Virus record (IMG/VR): IMGVR_UViG_3300035152_000011 | Reading direction: 5' to 3' (one strand) | From: a virus | Length of the DNA stretch: 15,385 bases | Part shown: positions 12,048 through 15,385 of the stretch, one piece after another | Layout of the letters: every line of letters begins with the position of its first letter | Position numbering within the stretch: the stretch's first letter is position 1 | Notes under the pieces: generated by a model | Told to the model about the DNA's origin: nothing | The model's database searches: none | Seen by the model: the letters and a program-made list of their open reading frames with translations, nothing else | Made by a program: the position numbers and the translations under genes

Positions 12048-13025
12048 CTAGTACCGTGATTTGGGCCGTTGCGCGGCAATCGCAATCGCCATCGCGTAGG
12101 CCGCGTCCATGAGCTTGTCGAGCGGTTCGAGCAAGAAGTCGCTGCCAGTCGCTGCACGGTCGAGCCACAGCTTACGGAGCGCGACCTCCATATCCGGCTG
12201 GGTGACGTTTCCGCCCTTGGGTATCTGATAATCAGCGCGCCGCAGGAGCGGCCCCAGCTCGTCCAGCCTACCCCAGTTGCAGAGGTCTGTGGGGACGTGG
12301 CTCGCGTCGGTGAGCTGCATGCCGGTGAAGTCGCAGCGGTTGTGCCCCTCGTGAGAAATGCCTTGAAGGCTTGCCCCGGACAGATCGGCATTGGCCAAGG
12401 TCGTACCCCGCAGGACGGCCTTATCCAAAGACGCTCCGCGTAGCGACGCACCAGTGAAATTGGCGTCATCGAGCTTCGCGCCTCGAAGGTCAGCGCCGTC
12501 GAGGCACGCTCCAGAGAAGTCAGCGTCGTTCAACGCGGCCCCGCGCAGGTCGGCACCTTCGAGTGAAGTGGACGCGAACCGCGGCTTGCTGTGAAACACA
12601 GCCTTGCGGAGATCGGCTTTGTCGAACACAGCGCCGAGCGCATTGCAGTTACTGAACACCGCCTCACGCATCTTCGCAGCGCTGAAGTCGGTGTCCGGGA
12701 CGTTCGCGCCTGTCAGATCCACGCCCGGCATACTCGCACCCACGAAGATCGCGCCATCGGCGTTGGCCCCTTCCAGGACTGCCCTAGCGAAATCTGCCTT
12801 TGACAGATCGCACGCGGTCAGGTTGACGTGCTTCAAGGTGAGTCCTGCGAAGTCGAAGCCAACGTAGTCGCGCCGCTGGAAGTCAGCGCGTTCGAGCGGC
12901 ACGCGGGCGAGCAGCGCCCAGCTCTCGCGGGGCGTCATGTCCTCGAACGTGACTTTGCGGCCGTCGAACAGCATGATCTCTGGATCGCTAGACTCTTCTG
13001 CGGTGTGCTCGGGTTCCTTGGTCAT
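12048..13025 (-). CDS. pentapeptide-repeat protein, 325 aa
   Basis: ATG 13025 in an ATGA overlap with the upstream stop. Residues about 55-225 are tandem A(D/N)LxG-type pentapeptides (...ADLRGAALNDADFSGACLDGADLRGAKLDDANFTGASLRGASLDKAVLRGTTLANADLSGASLQG...), predicting a right-handed quadrilateral beta-helix. Non-repeat N- and C-terminal extensions. Confidence 0.85.
   Translation of the reverse strand: MTKEPEHTAEESSDPEIMLFDGRKVTFEDMTPRESWALLARVPLERADFQRRDYVGFDFAGLTLKHVNLTACDLSKADFARAVLEGANADGAIFVGASMPGVDLTGANVPDTDFSAAKMREAVFSNCNALGAVFDKADLRKAVFHSKPRFASTSLEGADLRGAALNDADFSGACLDGADLRGAKLDDANFTGASLRGASLDKAVLRGTTLANADLSGASLQGISHEGHNRCDFTGMQLTDASHVPTDLCNWGRLDELGPLLRRADYQIPKGGNVTQPDMEVALRKLWLDRAATGSDFLLEPLDKLMDAAYAMAIAIAAQRPKSRY
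12350..12860. repeat. tandem 15-nt periodic DNA repeats = coding repeats of the pentapeptide-repeat gene
   Basis: Periodicity is visible even in the antisense track ORFs (APRRSAPS recurring). Fully explained by the PRP coding sequence. Approximate bounds. Confidence 0.6.
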
Positions 13026-13327
13026 CCCGTAGTGGTATCACTCGGGGCTGACAGAAGTGGCTCAGGGGCCAGCTCGTCGTAGGCCTGCATCAACATCTCG
13101 TGAGCCTTCGAGATCGCAACGATGGCCGCGCCACCGAGCAACATCTCCATCTCACAGAGCTGCTGGTACGAAGCCGCAGCTTCTTCGCGCTCAGTATGTT
13201 GGCCGGTCTGCGCCAGCATGACGACCTTCTCACCCATGTCCATCCGCTGCTCGTTGTTTCTCGACCACTGGCGCATCGCGTCCAGTGCGTTGGTGTAGGC
13301 GTCTCGGGCAGCTTGTAGATTGCTCAT
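13022..13327 (-). CDS. hypothetical acidic protein, 101 aa
   Basis: ATG 13327 with GGAGGAA at 7-nt spacing. TGATG overlap with upstream stop. ATGA overlap with the PRP start. Confidence 0.7.
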   Translation of the reverse strand: MSNLQAARDAYTNALDAMRQWSRNNEQRMDMGEKVVMLAQTGQHTEREEAAASYQQLCEMEMLLGGAAIVAISKAHEMLMQAYDELAPEPLLSAPSDTTTG

Positions 13328-13878
13328 CAGAAATTCCTCCGGCCTGATCGCGTGAGCGATCCGCGTTTGTCAAAAAGCGGGCGCAAGATCCGCTTGACGT
13401 GCTCGGCGACGTCTTGCCATTGCTCCGCGCGCTTCAGTTCCTCTGGGTCCTTGACGGTCAGTCCACGACGGAAGCCACGACCGTACCAGTCCTCCATCTT
13501 CGGCCTATCGTCACCGGCTACAGCGCGTCGCACATCATCTGCAATCAAATCGACAGCCGCATACTCTGCACAGTCCGTCATCTCGCCCGTTCCGCTCCAG
13601 AGCAAATCCGACGGCGCCAAGCCCTGAATGAAGAGCTGGTTGATCAGGTGCTCAACAAATCGAGTAGCGAAGCCGTCTAGCCTGCCGCGAAAGAGTTGCG
13701 GCTCGTGCGCGGTCATGTACGCGATAGCCCCTCCAACCTGGCCAACAGCTTCCAAATGCCGTGCGCGCTCCTCGTCACCGACGACAGCCTCGACGGCTTC
13801 ACGATACTCGTTGAGGCACTTCTCGTTCAGGACGAGAAGGAGCGCATCGGCAAACAGCTGGCGATCCCCACGATTCAT
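13327..13878 (-). CDS. hypothetical protein, 183 aa
   Basis: ATG 13878 in an ATGA overlap with the upstream stop. Real-looking composition. Confidence 0.7.
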   Translation of the reverse strand: MNRGDRQLFADALLLVLNEKCLNEYREAVEAVVGDEERARHLEAVGQVGGAIAYMTAHEPQLFRGRLDGFATRFVEHLINQLFIQGLAPSDLLWSGTGEMTDCAEYAAVDLIADDVRRAVAGDDRPKMEDWYGRGFRRGLTVKDPEELKRAEQWQDVAEHVKRILRPLFDKRGSLTRSGRRNF

Positions 13879-14414
13879 ACTTTGTCGCCCGTCAACAGCC
13901 TCATCGCGTTCAGAGACAGCTCACGCAGCGCTGCATACCGATCCCGTGCCTTGTCAGCGTAGGCCACCGTACGTGGCACGATGTCGATCAGCGTACGCAG
14001 GAGATTCTCTAGGTCTTCGGTCGTGATGTCCTCGTCGGCTGCGTCCCGCAACTCGATGTCGTACATGTCCCCGCGTTCATCGGTACGGCAGACTGCGACC
14101 TGAAGTTTGCCCTTCGGGGACAGTACCAGCGTGTCCGTGGAGGTCATTGGCGTGTCGGGCCACTTCACCCGTCCGTCCGGCTTGCCGCGAATGCGAGCCG
14201 CGTACAACGGGTCACGGTTATGACCAAGGTTCTTCAAGCCGCGGAGCGTGCCGCCGTCGAGGCGTTCTTGCAGAGCGGTTTCGAGCGCGCGGACTGCTTC
14301 GACGACAGAAGTCCTAGCTCCATCCCGAGACTTCTCTGCGCTCTTCGTAGCGGCGGAAACCTCGTCCAATAGGGATTGGAGCGCGGATTGTTTTGACAAC
14401 TCTTGTTTTTCCAT
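13875..14414 (-). CDS. hypothetical protein, 179 aa
   Basis: Track ORF 13875..15098 trimmed to ATG 14414 (MEKQELSKQSALQSLLDEV...) with GAGGAG 6 nt upstream. The first 228 codons of the track ORF are S/R/A-rich out-of-frame overlap with upstream genes. Confidence 0.65.
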   Translation of the reverse strand: MEKQELSKQSALQSLLDEVSAATKSAEKSRDGARTSVVEAVRALETALQERLDGGTLRGLKNLGHNRDPLYAARIRGKPDGRVKWPDTPMTSTDTLVLSPKGKLQVAVCRTDERGDMYDIELRDAADEDITTEDLENLLRTLIDIVPRTVAYADKARDRYAALRELSLNAMRLLTGDKV

Positions 14415-14538
14415 CGGATCTCCTCTGGAGCACCCACGCGTAGTGGGGAGAGCAGGCCTCACACCGCTTCTGCGGATAGACGCCAAAGTAGATGAAGGGC
14501 TCGCCGCAGACGATGCACGTTGCCTCAGAAGCGACCAT
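14314..14538 (-). CDS. small zinc-ribbon protein, 74 aa (CIVCG...CEAC)
   Basis: ATG 14538, one nt after the upstream TAG. GC3 about 80% over the first 41 codons. The last 33 codons overlap the start of the next gene, and there GC3 drops to about 42%. Confidence 0.6.
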   Translation of the reverse strand: MVASEATCIVCGEPFIYFGVYPQKRCEACSPHYAWVLQRRSDGKTRVVKTIRAPIPIGRGFRRYEERREVSGWS

Positions 14539-14539
14539 G

Positions 14540-14650
14540 CTAGAACCCCTTGGGCCATACGTTGAAAGCTGCGTGTTCGCTCTGGACAGCCTCCAGGAGC
14601 ACGGTCATTTCCTCGTCGCTGGCGCCGGTACGATCCCTGGCAGCGTACAC
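14540..14650 (-). CDS. hypothetical small protein; 5' boundary unresolved (coding signal extends to 14706 without a canonical start)
   Basis: Track ORF 14540..14845 overlaps the upstream CxxCxxCC gene for 139 nt. In the overlap, its frame has GC3 about 52%, against about 75% for the other gene, so it is not coding there. Downstream of 14707 its frame is clearly coding (GC3 about 78%). The only in-frame candidates are GTG 14650 (no SD) or ATG 14608 (SD abutting). Confidence 0.35.
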   Translation of the reverse strand: MYAARDRTGASDEEMTVLLEAVQSEHAAFNVWPKGF

Positions 14651-14706
14651 TGCGAGTGCCAGCGCGTCGCGCGAGAGCGTGTTGTGGACGAGCTGCCGCG
14701 CGAATT

Positions 14707-15150
14707 CTAGGATGACTTCGAGGCGGATCGGAGCACCGTCTCTCTGTCGTCGTTGAATAGCGGACTGCAACACCCCTGGCCGATTGCCAGTTCGTGCTCG
14801 AACCGAGAGCGCTGGTCGCCGCTCGATTGCGTGATGCGTTCGCACAAATACCTCCCCTTCTGATCTGGGTCCTCGGCCAGAAACCTACAGGGTACACCCT
14901 CGCCGAGGTGACAGGGCGCCTGTTTACAGCAGAAGCCGCAGCGGACGCACGGGCGTCGCGGCTGCCTCTTGTGGACGTAGCGGAGCTGGTCGCCATCATG
15001 AACGACGTAGCCCTTGCGGATGAAATGATCGAGCAGCTTGTCGTCGGCCGCTTTACAGCCTGCGAAGAGCTGCTCGCGTGTGAACGGTGCGCCGTCAAGC
15101 GCTTCGAGCCACCAGGCGATCTCCTCGTGGATGTGCAGCACGTACGGCAT
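14707..15150 (-). CDS. CxxCxxCC zinc/iron-chelating domain protein (YkgJ/UPF0153-like), 147 aa
   Basis: ATG 15150 (second Met of the track ORF) with GAGGGGA upstream and a TGATG overlap with the upstream stop. CVRCGFCC plus downstream Cys residues fits the CxxCGxCC signature of PF03692. Confidence 0.7.
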   Translation of the reverse strand: MPYVLHIHEEIAWWLEALDGAPFTREQLFAGCKAADDKLLDHFIRKGYVVHDGDQLRYVHKRQPRRPCVRCGFCCKQAPCHLGEGVPCRFLAEDPDQKGRYLCERITQSSGDQRSRFEHELAIGQGCCSPLFNDDRETVLRSASKSS

Positions 15151-15344
15151 CAAATCCCCTCGATCACGACGTCGAGCTTTGCTTGCGCTTTGGTCTGTCG
15201 CCAGAAGCGGATCTTCGAGGTGTCGCCGCCGGCCAATGCGATCTCGATCAGTTGCCGTGGTAGGTCGCTCCGTTTGAGCTTCTTGAAGACCGTACCCAGC
15301 TCGCCTTCTTCATACTCGATCAGGATCTCTTCGTTCGGGCTCAC
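15150..15344 (-). CDS. hypothetical small protein, 64 aa
   Basis: GTG 15344 with GGAGA 6 nt upstream. GC3 about 77%. Sequence: VSPNEEILIEYEEGELGTVFKKLKRSDLPRQLIEIALAGGDTSKIRFWRQTKAQAKLDVVIEGI. Confidence 0.65.
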   Translation of the reverse strand: MSPNEEILIEYEEGELGTVFKKLKRSDLPRQLIEIALAGGDTSKIRFWRQTKAQAKLDVVIEGI

Positions 15345-15385
15345 GTCTGTCTCCGTCGTCTGCGGGGCCTTGGACTCTTTCTGAT

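Noticed and set aside
11129-12112. 327-aa plus-strand ORF
   Set aside because: Antisense to two well-supported minus-strand genes. L/V/D/R-rich with low complexity and no SD. Artefact of GC-rich sequence.
12350-12860. Tandem 15-nt DNA periodicity that could be mistaken for a repeat array or CRISPR-like structure
   Set aside because: The units are imperfect and unspaced. They correspond exactly to pentapeptide coding repeats of one continuous high-GC3 ORF. Not a CRISPR array or satellite.
344-15098. Long N-terminal extensions of several minus-strand track ORFs (e.g. 1238-1405, 6593-6673, 7603-7686, 10447-10725, 12041-12469, 14415-15098, 7996-8349)
   Set aside because: The extensions are S/T/R-rich and overlap real genes in other frames. 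Internal ATG/GTG codons with SDs and stop/start overlaps give much more plausible starts.
15341-15385. Possible 3' end of another minus-strand gene (...IRKSPRPRRRRRQT*) with GTGA overlap to the 15344 start
   Set aside because: Only 14 codons are visible, with low GC3 (AGA/CGA-rich). The purine-rich stretch may simply be 5'-UTR and SD for the 64-aa gene. Cannot be decided within the window.
1-15385. Searched for tRNA/rRNA genes, CRISPR arrays, integrase/att sites, transposase or IS terminal inverted repeats
   Set aside because: No non-coding stretch is long enough for a tRNA except 9405-9682, which has no cloverleaf-compatible stems that I could find. No regularly spaced direct repeats. No recombinase- or transposase-like translation in any frame.

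Overview
High-GC (~64%) window that is almost entirely coding. It holds about 36 tightly packed minus-strand genes, many of 58-130 aa, and one plus-strand gene. Most neighbours share stop/start overlaps (ATGA, GTGA, TGATG), so long runs are probably translationally coupled. Three non-coding gaps (6593-6669, 9034-9071, 9405-9682) split it into roughly three leftward transcription units. Content recognisable from sequence: an RlaP-like Pol-beta nucleotidyltransferase (5' part, runs off the left edge); a swarm of small CxxC zinc-ribbon proteins; an HTH protein; an ADP-ribosylglycohydrolase (ARH/DraG family); an NT5C-like HAD 5'-nucleotidase; a thioredoxin (WCGPC); a lone highly basic 99-aa plus-strand gene behind an AT-rich control region with an extended -10; a 325-aa pentapeptide-repeat protein; a CxxCxxCC (YkgJ/UPF0153-like) protein. 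No rRNA, tRNA, CRISPR, integrase or transposase seen. The architecture is typical of the non-structural accessory or early arm of an actinobacteriophage or prophage. Best candidate for a discrete undescribed system: the six-gene cassette thioredoxin / 142-aa / HAD nucleotidase / two tiny Cys-His proteins / ARH (9404 down to 6670). It is bounded on both sides by the only substantial intergenic regions and has its own palindrome- and repeat-rich control region. I read it as a putative ADP-ribosylation-reversal or nucleotide-signal counter-defence module. Other candidates: the pentapeptide-repeat protein, a 61-aa acidic protein (DNA-mimic candidates), and the NTase with its translationally coupled 297-aa partner. 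Two places where the reading frames do not close cleanly (near 3600 and near 14707) could be frameshifts, sequencing indels or long out-of-frame overlaps. All internal start coordinates were derived by hand from the ORF track and the printed sequence. They should be re-verified computationally.
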